From a virus (lineage: Duplodnaviria > Caudoviricetes): DNA of 52,958 bases. This document shows positions 16,554 to 25,949 of the stretch, one piece after another. The translations under genes were made by a program, and so were the position numbers. Below the pieces are notes generated by a model. It saw only the letters and a program-made list of their open reading frames with translations, had not been told where the DNA came from and searched no databases. The stretch lies in IMG/VR virus record IMGVR_UViG_3300023199_000212, positions 1-52,958 of that record; one strand, given 5' to 3'. Numbering within the stretch: the first letter of the stretch is position 1; each line of letters begins with the position of its first letter.

Positions 16554-16579
16554 TCCTGCGCTCCCTGCCGACCGCTCAT

Positions 16580-16612
16580 AGCCCGGGCGGGAACCGCTCG
16601 CCCGGGCTCTTT
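16580..16612 (+). terminator. hairpin/terminator after capsid gene
   Basis: AGCCCGGGCG/CGCCCGGGCT stem followed by CTTT. Confidence 0.6.
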
Positions 16613-16636
16613 CGAACCACCAGGAGGACAACCACG

Positions 16637-17131
16637 ATGAGCGAGCCCCAGACCATCTACGTGCTGCAGCGCACGGTTCGCATGCGCCAGAAGAACGGCG
16701 CGTCCGTCACGCTGAAGCCGAACACTGTCCTGCGCCGGGGCGGCCCCTTCTCCGACGAGCAGATCGACGACTGCCTCCAGCAGGGCTGGATCACCGAGCA
16801 GCTCGTCGCTGCGCAGGGCCGCGCTCCGCAGCCCGACAAGGAGCAGGAGCCGGAGGAGCCCAAGGGCACCGTTCGGCGCACGAACGAGGGCCTCGATGCC
16901 GACGCTCTCGCCAGCCTCGAGACCGACACGCTCCTCGCCTACGTCGCCGAGCGCGCGGGCGAGGACTCCGACACCGTCGTCGAGTACCTGCGGGGCGCCG
17001 ACGACGTGAAGAAGTCGGCGATCGACTTCCTGTCCGCGGACATCGACGAGCGCGTGGAGTTCCTGCGCCTCGTGAGCGAGTTCGCCGCGGAGCAGGCGGC
17101 CGCCAAGGACGAGGCCGACGCCGAGAGCTAG
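16637..17131 (+). CDS. hypothetical head-region protein
   Basis: AGGAGG RBS, ATG 16637. Confidence 0.75.
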   Translation: MSEPQTIYVLQRTVRMRQKNGASVTLKPNTVLRRGGPFSDEQIDDCLQQGWITEQLVAAQGRAPQPDKEQEPEEPKGTVRRTNEGLDADALASLETDTLLAYVAERAGEDSDTVVEYLRGADDVKKSAIDFLSADIDERVEFLRLVSEFAAEQAAAKDEADAES

Positions 17132-17134
17132 CCC

Positions 17135-17698
17135 GTGTCGATCGCGAACGTCCAGCCGATCTTCGACGACCTCGACGCCACCAAGGAGGCCCAGCGTCTC
17201 ACTGGGATCAAGGCCGGGGGCGACGTGGATGCGCAGGTGCAGCTCGCGATCATCGAGGCCCGCAACGAGTTCTTCATGCGCCTCGGCACCCAGCGTGTCG
17301 GGGCGCTCAACTCGCTCGCGGAGCCAGCGGACGAGCCCGACACGGACGACGAGCACCTGTTCCTCCTCGGCTACGCCACGGAGCAGAAGCTTATCCGCAG
17401 CTCCCTCCTGCGCTATCTGACCCGCATGGTCAAGGAGGGCCGGGCCCCGATCCAGGAGTGGAACGACGTGGCGGCGTTCCGCTCCATGTCCCAGCGGGAC
17501 ATGCGCAACGAGCTTGACCGCCTCGACGCGGAGATCGAGCGCGCGTTCGACGTGATCGCTGGCGTGGTGCTGCCGGGCGAGCGGCGCAGCGTCAGCGCCT
17601 CCTCGATCGGCTCCACGCTCGAGCCGCAGTACCGCAAGGTCGGCTTCTCGATCCACGCGGTGCCGCCGTACCTCTTCTACTTCCGGCTCGACGGGTAG
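17135..17698 (+). CDS. putative head-tail adaptor
   Basis: Helical protein; position in morphogenesis operon. Confidence 0.55.
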   Translation: MSIANVQPIFDDLDATKEAQRLTGIKAGGDVDAQVQLAIIEARNEFFMRLGTQRVGALNSLAEPADEPDTDDEHLFLLGYATEQKLIRSSLLRYLTRMVKEGRAPIQEWNDVAAFRSMSQRDMRNELDRLDAEIERAFDVIAGVVLPGERRSVSASSIGSTLEPQYRKVGFSIHAVPPYLFYFRLDG

Positions 17699-17701
17699 CC
17701 C

Positions 17702-18136
17702 ATGACCCTCAAGGAGAAGATCCAGGACGAGATCCTCAAGGCCGTCGAGCTGGGCGCCTTCCATCCCGTGACCTACGAGGCGCCCACGGGCGGGCAGCTC
17801 TTCGACCGCATGACCGTCGACGAGCTGACCATCGTCAAGCCCTTCTCGGCCGAGGCGAACGAGATCGCCTATCACCCGGACGAGCCCAAGAGCAAGCTGG
17901 GCAGCTGGCGCCAGGAGCTTCGCCGGACGGACTGGGAGCTGCACATGGCCTTCGGCGAGCACGTCGCCGGGGAGAAGTTCATCTCGAGCTTCGCTCGGAT
18001 CGTGCCCGCGGAAGGCTCCCTCCCGGCCGTGAAGCTCTACATCGCCGAGGCCGAGGCCCTGCACCCCCCGCGGGAGGGCAGCGACAACGGCACCTACATC
18101 CGCTGCGTGATCCGAGCGGAGGCGCTCCCGACCTGA
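17702..18136 (+). CDS. putative tail terminator
   Basis: 144 aa, immediately upstream of tail tube gene. Confidence 0.5.
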   Translation: MTLKEKIQDEILKAVELGAFHPVTYEAPTGGQLFDRMTVDELTIVKPFSAEANEIAYHPDEPKSKLGSWRQELRRTDWELHMAFGEHVAGEKFISSFARIVPAEGSLPAVKLYIAEAEALHPPREGSDNGTYIRCVIRAEALPT

Positions 18137-18208
18137 TCCCACGCCCGGACACGACGGGGTACAATCGACATAAGCACCTAGACAAAACACCACGGAGATA
18201 CAAGCACC

Positions 18209-19060
18209 ATGGCGCGACTCGGAACCCCCGATCCCCGCGATTACCTCCTCGGTCGCGGCGAACTCTACTTCAGCGACGACCTCGACGCGAACGGGGCCCC
18301 CAAGGGCTTCCGCCACCTCGGCAACACCGAGGCGCTCACGGTCAACGTCGAGTCGGAGGAGCTGGAGCACTTCAGCACCCTCCTCGGCCTCAAGACGGTC
18401 GATCGCTCCGTCGTGATCTCGCAGTCGATGGGCGTCGGCTTCCAGCTGGCCGAGATCGACTCCGACAACCTCAAGCTCTTCCTCGCCGGTGAGCGCGCGA
18501 GCAACGCGGTGGTCGGCGCGAGCATCGCGACCGCGGCCGGTGACGACAACGTCGTCGTCGCGGGCCTCGACAAGTGGTACGACCTCTACGACGTGCAGAA
18601 CCCGTCGGCGTACCCGCCCGTGCCGGGCGACAACGCCGAGCGCGTCTACAAGATCTCGGCCGTGTCCGTCCTCGACACGACGAAGGTCACGACCTACGTC
18701 GAGGGCACCGACTACGAGGTCGACTACGACATGGGCCGCATCAAGCCCCTGTCCACCGGCTCGATCGGCGCCACGGACGCCCTGTGCGTCGACTTCACGT
18801 ACGCGTCGTACACGATCGAGGAGGTCCGCGGCCTCAAGACCGCGAAGCTCAACGGCGTGCTCAAGTTCGTGTCGATCAACGCGAACGACGACGACAAGAA
18901 GCGCGAGTACCAGTTCCACTCCGTCACGCTCCGCGCGGAGGGCGACTTCGGCCTGATCGGCGACGAGTTCGCCACGCTGAACGTCCAGGGCAAGGCGGGC
19001 CAGAACGCCACGGTCAGCCCGGACAGCCCGACGCTCACGGTGCGCGAGATCGTCGTCTAG
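18209..19060 (+). CDS. major tail tube protein
   Basis: YLLGRGELYF, RHLGN, VEGTDYEVD..MGRI insert, GDFGLIGDEF; precedes chaperone and tape measure. Confidence 0.85.
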   Translation: MARLGTPDPRDYLLGRGELYFSDDLDANGAPKGFRHLGNTEALTVNVESEELEHFSTLLGLKTVDRSVVISQSMGVGFQLAEIDSDNLKLFLAGERASNAVVGASIATAAGDDNVVVAGLDKWYDLYDVQNPSAYPPVPGDNAERVYKISAVSVLDTTKVTTYVEGTDYEVDYDMGRIKPLSTGSIGATDALCVDFTYASYTIEEVRGLKTAKLNGVLKFVSINANDDDKKREYQFHSVTLRAEGDFGLIGDEFATLNVQGKAGQNATVSPDSPTLTVREIVV

Positions 19061-19083
19061 TCGCGCCCTCCCTGATGACCGAC

Positions 19084-19112
19084 GAGGGGGCTGTTTCCCT
19101 AACGGCCCCCTC
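19084..19112 (+). terminator. hairpin after tail tube gene
   Basis: GAGGGGGCTGTT/AACGGCCCCCTC stem; no clear U tract. Confidence 0.45.
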
Positions 19113-19149
19113 TCCCGTCCCGCAAACACCGCTGTAGGAGGCAACCTGA

Positions 19150-19740
19150 ATGGGACTCAAGAAGCTGATCCAGACCGTCGTCGCCGACGACACGCACACG
19201 ATCGAGGTCGACGGCGAGGAGCTGACCTTCCGCCGCTGCAGGCTCGATGCCGTCATCGCCGCCCGCCCCGTCCTGGAGGCCGTGGCGCTCGCCGTCAGCT
19301 CGTGGTTCGACCCGAGCCACGGCGACTACGTCAAGCGCACGTTCGTCCAGGAGGGCGACGAGACGACCACGATCGTCGAGGCGATCTCTCCCGTGTCCGC
19401 GGTCAAGCGGCAGGAGAAGCAGGACGCGGCGATCACGCGGGCGGCCGACGCGCTCCTCAGGCCGGAGAACATCGACTCCGTCCTCGGGCTAGTGATCGAC
19501 TCGCTGCGCGAGGACATGAGCGTCGAGGAGCTGCGGCAGCAGGCCGACCTCGGCACGATCGCCACCCTCGTGCGCGGCATGATGGAAGCCAACGCGAGGG
19601 TCTTCGGCCCTTTCGTGGAAAGGGTGGAGAAGGCGATGAAGGCGAGGCTCGAGGCGGCGCAGGCCGCGACCGCGACCGGGCCCGTCGGCGTCGTGTCGGA
19701 CGAGCCGGAGAGCGAGGAAGCGAGCGAGACCGCTGGCTAG
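19150..19740 (+). CDS. tail assembly chaperone (gpG-like)
   Basis: Between tail tube and tape measure; in-frame slippery C CCT TTC at 19608. Confidence 0.8.
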   Translation: MGLKKLIQTVVADDTHTIEVDGEELTFRRCRLDAVIAARPVLEAVALAVSSWFDPSHGDYVKRTFVQEGDETTTIVEAISPVSAVKRQEKQDAAITRAADALLRPENIDSVLGLVIDSLREDMSVEELRQQADLGTIATLVRGMMEANARVFGPFVERVEKAMKARLEAAQAATATGPVGVVSDEPESEEASETAG

Positions 19741-20015
19741 GCTTCCTCGAGCTGTGCTTCGAGCTGGTCGACTTCGGCTTCCACCCGGACGAGCTGCTAA
19801 CGCTGGATCTGGAGGAGTTCGACGTAGCGGTCGAGCTACTGCAAAGCTGTCACATGCGCAGGGCTCGTGAGGAGGTCGTGCGTATTGCCACAGGAGCGCA
19901 GGGAGACTCGAAGAGCATCAAGGAATACCTGCGGCAGTATACTAGAAGTGACCAGCCCACGCCCGGCATGGGCACCGAGGACGACTTCCTCGCCTTCGTC
20001 GGCAGCGGCCTCTGA
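19608..20015 (+). CDS. tail assembly chaperone frameshift extension (gpT-like, -1 frame)
   Basis: -1 frame open from slippery site to TGA 20015; no independent RBS/start evident. Confidence 0.75.
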   Translation, partial: PFRGKGGEGDEGEARGGAGRDRDRARRRRVGRAGERGSERDRWLGFLELCFELVDFGFHPDELLTLDLEEFDVAVELLQSCHMRRAREEVVRIATGAQGDSKSIKEYLRQYTRSDQPTPGMGTEDDFLAFVGSGL

Positions 20016-20035
20016 GCACCTTTTGAGAGAGCATC

Positions 20036-23000
20036 GTGGTAATCGACCGAGGAGGACTCCGCTACTCTATCGAGGTTGTTTCCAAGAACCTCGCAGAGCT
20101 GAAGCGATTTCGCTCTGAGCTGCGGAAGACCCTCACCGCTCAGAAGAACATCACTCGCGAGCACGTCACGGCCGCGAAGCGCGCGTCGCAGCTCGTCCGC
20201 GCCGAGGAGCAGATCAAGACCGCACGGGCGCGCACGCGCCGCGAGACCGCCCGGGCCGCGATCGAGGAGGCCAAGCTCAAGGCCGCCCTCGGTGCCTCGC
20301 GCCGTAGGGCGATCGAGGTCGCGATCGCGCAGAAGCGACTCGCCGAGGCGGGCGCCCGCGCGGCCAAGGCGCAGCTCGGGCTCGCCGGTGCCACGCGCAC
20401 GGGCACGCGCAGGCTGCGCAGCTTCAACCGAGAAGCGAAGAAGACCGAGGCGCGGGCGAACCGCATCGCGTTCACCTTCCGCCGCCTCATCGGCATCTTC
20501 GCTGCGTTCGCGGCCGTGCGGGCCGTCACGCGCGGGATCAAGGACGCCGTCGCCTCGGGCATCCAGTTCAACGCCTTCGTGGAAGAGGCGACGCTGGGCA
20601 TCCAGTCGCTGCTCGTGTCCGCGGGGCAGGTGTTCGGCCCCGACGGCCAGATGCTCACGGGCATGGAGGCGTTCGCCGCCGCGGGCGCCGAGGCGACGCG
20701 CCAGGTCGAGCTGCTCCGGCAGGAGGGCCTGCGCACCGCCGCCACGTTCAAGACCCTCCTCGACACCTTCCAGATCGCGCTGGGCCCCGGCCTCGCCGCG
20801 GGCCTCAACCCGGACCAGGTGCGCAAGCTCACCGTGCGCATCTCGCAGGCGGCCTCCGCGATCGGCCTCCCGCAGAACCAGCTGTCGGAGGAGATCCGGT
20901 CGATCCTGTCCGGCACGATCCAGCAGCGCACCACGCGCATCGCGGCGACCCTCGGCATCACGAACGAGGACATCCGCCGCGCGAAGGAGGCGGGCAAGCT
21001 GGTCGAGTTCCTCGATCAGAAGTTCGCGGCCTTCGCCGTCGCGGGCGAGCGCAGCCTGTCGAACCTGAACGTCATCCTCTCCAACCTGCGCGACTCGTTC
21101 GCGAAGCTCGTCGGCACGGGCACGCTGGGCTTCTTCGACGCGCTCAAGGAGCGGCTGAACGAGCTGAAGGCGAGCCTGCAGGGCGACGACGCGCAGCGGT
21201 TCGCCGAGTCCCTCGACGCCGGGCTGCAGAAGCTGCTCGACGCGTTCACGGAGGTCGCTAAGGACGTGGGTTTCGGCGGTCTCGCGGAGGCGTTCGAGGC
21301 GGCCGTCGACATCATGGCCTCGGGCCTCAAGCTCGTCGTCCCGCTGCTGAAGCAGGCGTTCGCGCTGCTGGACGACATCCTCGGCGTCGTCAGCATCGTC
21401 GCCAACGTCTTCTCGGCGATCAACCGCGTGCTGGGTGGCGCCCTCGGCTTCATCCTGCGCATGGTCTTCTTGTTCCGCATCGTCGGCGGGACGCTCAAGT
21501 CCGTCGTCGGGCTCACGCGCGCGGCCGCGCTGCAGCTCAACCTCATGGCGCGCGCGTCGCTGCGCCTGTCCCGTCGGCTCGCCTTCGCGGGAGTCGCCAG
21601 CAAGGGCCTGGCGACTTCGATCGGTCTCGGCGCGCGGCTGATGCGGCTGCTGGGGATCGGCACGCGCCTCCTGTCGCGCGGCCTCAAGGCGGCCCTCGGC
21701 CCGATCGGTCTCATCCTCATCGGCATCGAGCTGATCACGGACCTCTTCTCCAGCACGAAGGACGAGGTCGAGGAGGTCAAGGAAGAGGCCAATCTCACGA
21801 CGCTCGTCATGTCGGACATCCCCGTCGTGCTGCTGGGCACGCGGAAGGAGGCCGAGCGCGTCGCGAAGCAGATCGAGAAGCTCCGCAAGGAGAGCGAGAA
21901 GCTCCGCGACCAGCTCGAGATCACCGAAGCCACCTCGGGCCTCACCGGGCTCGCCCGCGCTGTCGCCACGGTCATCGAAGAGGCGCAAGACCGGCTTCGC
22001 CGCGAGGGAGAGAGCCTGCGCAACGAGAACGAGCGTAACACCTCGTCGCTCCTGCAGGCTCGCGCCACCCTCATCGAAATGACCGACGACGCCGTTCGCA
22101 AGCTTGGCGTCGAGAAGGACACGTTCGAGGAGATCGTGAGCCTCGTTCGAGAGGCCGGTGTCGAGCGCGGAAAGCTGCTGCAGATCGACCAGCGCATCGC
22201 CCTCGCGCGCTCGAAGCTCACGGTCGCCGAGGGCAGGGAGCGCGAGAAGATCCAGAGCCAGATCCAGCGTCTGGAGCGGCAGCGCCTCCGTCTCACCGAC
22301 CCGGGCGTGTTCGCAGTCGGCCGGGCGACCTCGCTCGAGCGCCTGGACGCGCAGCGCAAGGCCCTGCAGGACCAGGAGAAGGATGCGCAGGCGATCTTCG
22401 AGGCGGCGCGGGCGCGCGTGCGTCAGGAGAACCAGATCGAGGCCCTGCTCTCGCGCCAGCGGGACATCCTCACCGACATCTCGGTCCTCAGCGACATCAT
22501 CGACGAGCAGCTCGCCCTGCAGATCGCCAATGAGGCCGCCAAGGCGCTGCAGGCGGGCGAGGTCGCCCTCCAGCAGCTGCAACTCAACGTCGCCGCCCAG
22601 GAAGCCCTGGCTGCGGCCGTGGACGGCACGAAGCTCGATCAGGCCGAGGCCAGCGCGCGCAACGCGATCGCGAAGACGCGCGCGGAGCGCGACAAGGAGC
22701 TGCAGCATCTCGACCGGAACCTGGTTCTGCTCAACGCCTCGCTCGCCACGCTGGGCGAGGGCGTCGAGTTCGAGCAGGCGCGCGAGAGGCTCGCCGCGCG
22801 CATCGCGCAGCTCGCAGAGGAGAAGAACCTCAAGGAGCGCCAGTACATCGCGCTGCTCGCCCTCGAGGACGCGAAGCTCCGCAGCATCCTGCGCCAGCAG
22901 CGGGAGGCCGCGAACCGCCCCGGCGTGCTGGAGGCGGCGCTCGCGGGTCGTCGGCGCGACGGCGGCATCGTGCGCGGCGAGACGCAGGGCGAAGCACTGG

Positions 23001-24670
23001 AGCCCCTGCGGCGCCAGCTCGACGCCCTCGGCCGCCAGCGAGCGGTCTTCGAGGAGTTCGCCCGCGCCGGTGACGACGTGAACAAGATCGCCTCCGCGCT
23101 CGACCGCGCGAAGACCGAGGGCGGCGAGTTCCTCGACAAGCTCGCCGAGCGCACGAAGAAGCTGCGCCGCGAGCTGAGCAAGACGAGCGAGGACGCGCGC
23201 ATCCTGCGCCTCGGACTCGCCAGCTCGCAGGGCGAGGACGTTGCGCGGGCCTATGACCAGCTCATCAAGCTCACCGGAGACAAGCAGAAGGAGCTGTTCG
23301 ACGCGCTCGACCTGAGCGAGGACGCGAAGAAGGCCCTCGCCTCCTCGCTCGCCAAGGGCCTCGACCTGCGCGATCGCGAGAAGGTGCTCGTGCAGCAGCT
23401 CGTCGAGCTGGACAGGGCGCGAGGCGAAGCGCACGGCCTCCTCAACGACCTGCGCGGCCAGACGGTGCAGCAGCTCGTGCGCGAGCTGGCGCTTCAGAAG
23501 CAGCTCGCGGCCGAGCAGCTCCACGCTGCCAACGAGCTGCAGGCGGCGCAGCTTGCCGCGCGGCTGGGAGGCCGCACCGAGACCGAGGCGCAGATCCTCT
23601 TCCTGCGGGCGCAGCTGGCCGCATCGCAGAGCGAGAAGGACACGCTGCGCTCCGAGTCGGCCGAGCGCGTGCTCGCACTGCAGAGGCTGCAGCAGCGAGG
23701 GCTGATCGAGCAGGCCGATGCGCTGGGTCTCGTCGCTGCGGAGGAAGAGGCACGCAAGGCGCGCCTGCAGCAGATCAGCCTCAAGCAGATCGAGATCGGC
23801 GAGGAGCTGCGGCGCCTCGGCGACGGCTCCTTCACGGCGGGCCTGCGGGCGGGCTTCGAGGACCTGCTTCGGCAGACCGACGAGTACCGCATCGGCCTGC
23901 AGACCGCCGCGGAGTTCGCGGACGGGCTCGCGGACGCGCTCGTCGATGCTCTCAACCAGCCGCAGGAAGCCGGGCAGATCATGCTCGACTTCTTCCGGAA
24001 CCTCGTCAACCAGATCATCGCCGAGTTCCTGCGCCTGCAGATCGTCAAGGTGCTCGCTGACCTGTTCGGCAACAACGAGCAGTCCAAGGGGCCCGGCCGC
24101 CTCACCCAGGACGCCATCACAGCGGGCATCACCCTCACGACGGCGATCCAGCTCGCGGGCAAGGGGCTCATCGCCGACGCGACCGCAGCGGCCGCGATCC
24201 TCGCCTCCGCGAGCCTCGGCGTCGGAGCGTACGGCGGCGGACTCATGACGCCGTTCGGCGCGGCGCGCGGCTATTCCTCCGGCGGCCGTGTCGGCATGCC
24301 GCGCCCGCGCGGGCTGCACCCGAGCGACACCGTGCCCGCGTGGCTGGCGCCGGGCGAGTACGTCCACCCGACGCGCGCCGTGGCCGCGTACGGCGCCGAC
24401 TTCATGGAGGCGATCCGCTCCCTCGCCATCCCGCCCTCGCTCGTGCGCGGGCTCATGCGAGGCGTGCGGCTCCCCGCGCCGCGCGTCCCGCGCGGGCCCG
24501 GCTTCGCCGAGGGCGGCCGCGTGCCGTCGCGTGCGCCCGGGGGCCGGGGCGAGATCGTCATCCGCACCGAAGAGGTCGTGAACGACGGACTGAGCCGCGA
24601 CACGCTGCGAGCGGTGAGCCCGGGCATCAAGCGGCCGCGCAACGTGGCTGAGCAGAAGGGGTTCTTCTAA
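20036..24670 (+). CDS. tail tape measure protein (1544 aa)
   Basis: Ala/Leu/Glu-rich helical, TM segments, C-terminal GYSSGG..SDTVPAWLAPGEYV lambda-H-like domain. Confidence 0.95.
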   Translation: MVIDRGGLRYSIEVVSKNLAELKRFRSELRKTLTAQKNITREHVTAAKRASQLVRAEEQIKTARARTRRETARAAIEEAKLKAALGASRRRAIEVAIAQKRLAEAGARAAKAQLGLAGATRTGTRRLRSFNREAKKTEARANRIAFTFRRLIGIFAAFAAVRAVTRGIKDAVASGIQFNAFVEEATLGIQSLLVSAGQVFGPDGQMLTGMEAFAAAGAEATRQVELLRQEGLRTAATFKTLLDTFQIALGPGLAAGLNPDQVRKLTVRISQAASAIGLPQNQLSEEIRSILSGTIQQRTTRIAATLGITNEDIRRAKEAGKLVEFLDQKFAAFAVAGERSLSNLNVILSNLRDSFAKLVGTGTLGFFDALKERLNELKASLQGDDAQRFAESLDAGLQKLLDAFTEVAKDVGFGGLAEAFEAAVDIMASGLKLVVPLLKQAFALLDDILGVVSIVANVFSAINRVLGGALGFILRMVFLFRIVGGTLKSVVGLTRAAALQLNLMARASLRLSRRLAFAGVASKGLATSIGLGARLMRLLGIGTRLLSRGLKAALGPIGLILIGIELITDLFSSTKDEVEEVKEEANLTTLVMSDIPVVLLGTRKEAERVAKQIEKLRKESEKLRDQLEITEATSGLTGLARAVATVIEEAQDRLRREGESLRNENERNTSSLLQARATLIEMTDDAVRKLGVEKDTFEEIVSLVREAGVERGKLLQIDQRIALARSKLTVAEGREREKIQSQIQRLERQRLRLTDPGVFAVGRATSLERLDAQRKALQDQEKDAQAIFEAARARVRQENQIEALLSRQRDILTDISVLSDIIDEQLALQIANEAAKALQAGEVALQQLQLNVAAQEALAAAVDGTKLDQAEASARNAIAKTRAERDKELQHLDRNLVLLNASLATLGEGVEFEQARERLAARIAQLAEEKNLKERQYIALLALEDAKLRSILRQQREAANRPGVLEAALAGRRRDGGIVRGETQGEALEPLRRQLDALGRQRAVFEEFARAGDDVNKIASALDRAKTEGGEFLDKLAERTKKLRRELSKTSEDARILRLGLASSQGEDVARAYDQLIKLTGDKQKELFDALDLSEDAKKALASSLAKGLDLRDREKVLVQQLVELDRARGEAHGLLNDLRGQTVQQLVRELALQKQLAAEQLHAANELQAAQLAARLGGRTETEAQILFLRAQLAASQSEKDTLRSESAERVLALQRLQQRGLIEQADALGLVAAEEEARKARLQQISLKQIEIGEELRRLGDGSFTAGLRAGFEDLLRQTDEYRIGLQTAAEFADGLADALVDALNQPQEAGQIMLDFFRNLVNQIIAEFLRLQIVKVLADLFGNNEQSKGPGRLTQDAITAGITLTTAIQLAGKGLIADATAAAAILASASLGVGAYGGGLMTPFGAARGYSSGGRVGMPRPRGLHPSDTVPAWLAPGEYVHPTRAVAAYGADFMEAIRSLAIPPSLVRGLMRGVRLPAPRVPRGPGFAEGGRVPSRAPGGRGEIVIRTEEVVNDGLSRDTLRAVSPGIKRPRNVAEQKGFF

Positions 24671-25308
24671 TGCCGAGCACCACGGACAAGTTCGCGTTCC
24701 ACCTCAAGGGCAAGCGCGGCGCCTTCGAGACCTACCGCCCCGCGCAGCGCCGCGTCAGCAGCGCGCGCAGCGGCAAGAAGTTCGTGCTCGTGCGAGGCGA
24801 CCGCCTGCAGTACGAGCTGGAGGCGAAGGTCGCCTTCCCGCAGCCGGGCAATAACGAGAGCGACCTGATCGACTTCATCAAGTTCGTCGACGACCACAAG
24901 GCGCTGGCGTTCCTCGTCATGCCCTACACGGGCGACAGCATGCGCCGGGAGACCACCGGTTACGTCGCCACGGCGGGCCAGACGGACTTCGTCTTCCACC
25001 ACAAGCACCTCGAGCCCTCGACGCTGGTCGTCACCAAGGACGGAGTGCCGCAGAGCGGGGCGACGCTGATCGACAACAACGACGCCCCGAAGGGGCGCAT
25101 CGCTGCTTGCACCGGCGGCGAGACCGTCGTCATCACGGCCCTCTTCTACGTGCCCTGCGTGTTCCTGGAGAACCCGCTCGAGGACGGCGAGGGCCTCGGC
25201 GACGACGCGCTGCTCCTGAACGCTCCGCGCGAGTACGACATCAAGATCATCGAGACGGGCCCCGGCGACCGCTTCGTCGACCCGAGCACCGCACCGACGG
25301 GGGTCTAG
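24670..25308 (+). CDS. distal tail protein-like
   Basis: Directly after tape measure; FIKFVDDHKA.AFL..PY, ITALFYVPCVF pattern. Confidence 0.65.
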   Translation: MPSTTDKFAFHLKGKRGAFETYRPAQRRVSSARSGKKFVLVRGDRLQYELEAKVAFPQPGNNESDLIDFIKFVDDHKALAFLVMPYTGDSMRRETTGYVATAGQTDFVFHHKHLEPSTLVVTKDGVPQSGATLIDNNDAPKGRIAACTGGETVVITALFYVPCVFLENPLEDGEGLGDDALLLNAPREYDIKIIETGPGDRFVDPSTAPTGV

Positions 25309-25310
25309 CC

Positions 25311-25949
25311 GTGCTTGATCTCGACACCACGTTCCTGCAGGCCCTTCGCCGCGACCAGATCGACGACCTCTTCGTGCTGGCCGAGCTGACGCCGCCGGAG
25401 ATCTCGAAGCTCCCGAAGCAGTACCTGAGCATGATCCACCGCTCGATCACCTGGGGCGGGCAGGTCTACACGATCACGGACGGCACGTTCTCGACGATCG
25501 GCTCCACGGTCGATCAGGAGCCGCCTCGCGCCAACATCACGTTCGCGAACCTCGACGGCTCGTGGTTCGAGGCGCTGAACAAGAACAAGGACACGCTCAA
25601 CGGCGGCGAGCTGATCATCCGCATGGTCTTCGCCAGCGTCGATCCGAGCGACCCCGACGTGCGCGCGAAGAGCCAGCTCACCGAGGGTCCGTACGTCCTG
25701 TCCGGCGCGAAGCTCGACGACGAGGCCGTGTCCATCGGCTTCGGGCTCTCGGCAGACGTGCTCAAGTTCAAGTTCCCCGCGCTGCTGGCGCGCGCTCGCA
25801 GGTGCCCCTTCATCTACAAGGGGCCGTACTGCAAGAGCACGAGCACGCTGCCCACTTGCGCAAAGACCATCTCGGACTGCGCCATCCGGCACAAGAACGT
25901 GCTCCGGTTCGGAGCGTGGCCGTTCACCGACGCGAGGCTCCTGGGCTGA
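25311..25949 (+). CDS. minor tail / hub protein (lambda gpL-like)
   Basis: C-terminal CPFIYKGPYC..CAKTISDC...FGAWP four-Cys motif. Confidence 0.8.
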   Translation: MLDLDTTFLQALRRDQIDDLFVLAELTPPEISKLPKQYLSMIHRSITWGGQVYTITDGTFSTIGSTVDQEPPRANITFANLDGSWFEALNKNKDTLNGGELIIRMVFASVDPSDPDVRAKSQLTEGPYVLSGAKLDDEAVSIGFGLSADVLKFKFPALLARARRCPFIYKGPYCKSTSTLPTCAKTISDCAIRHKNVLRFGAWPFTDARLLG

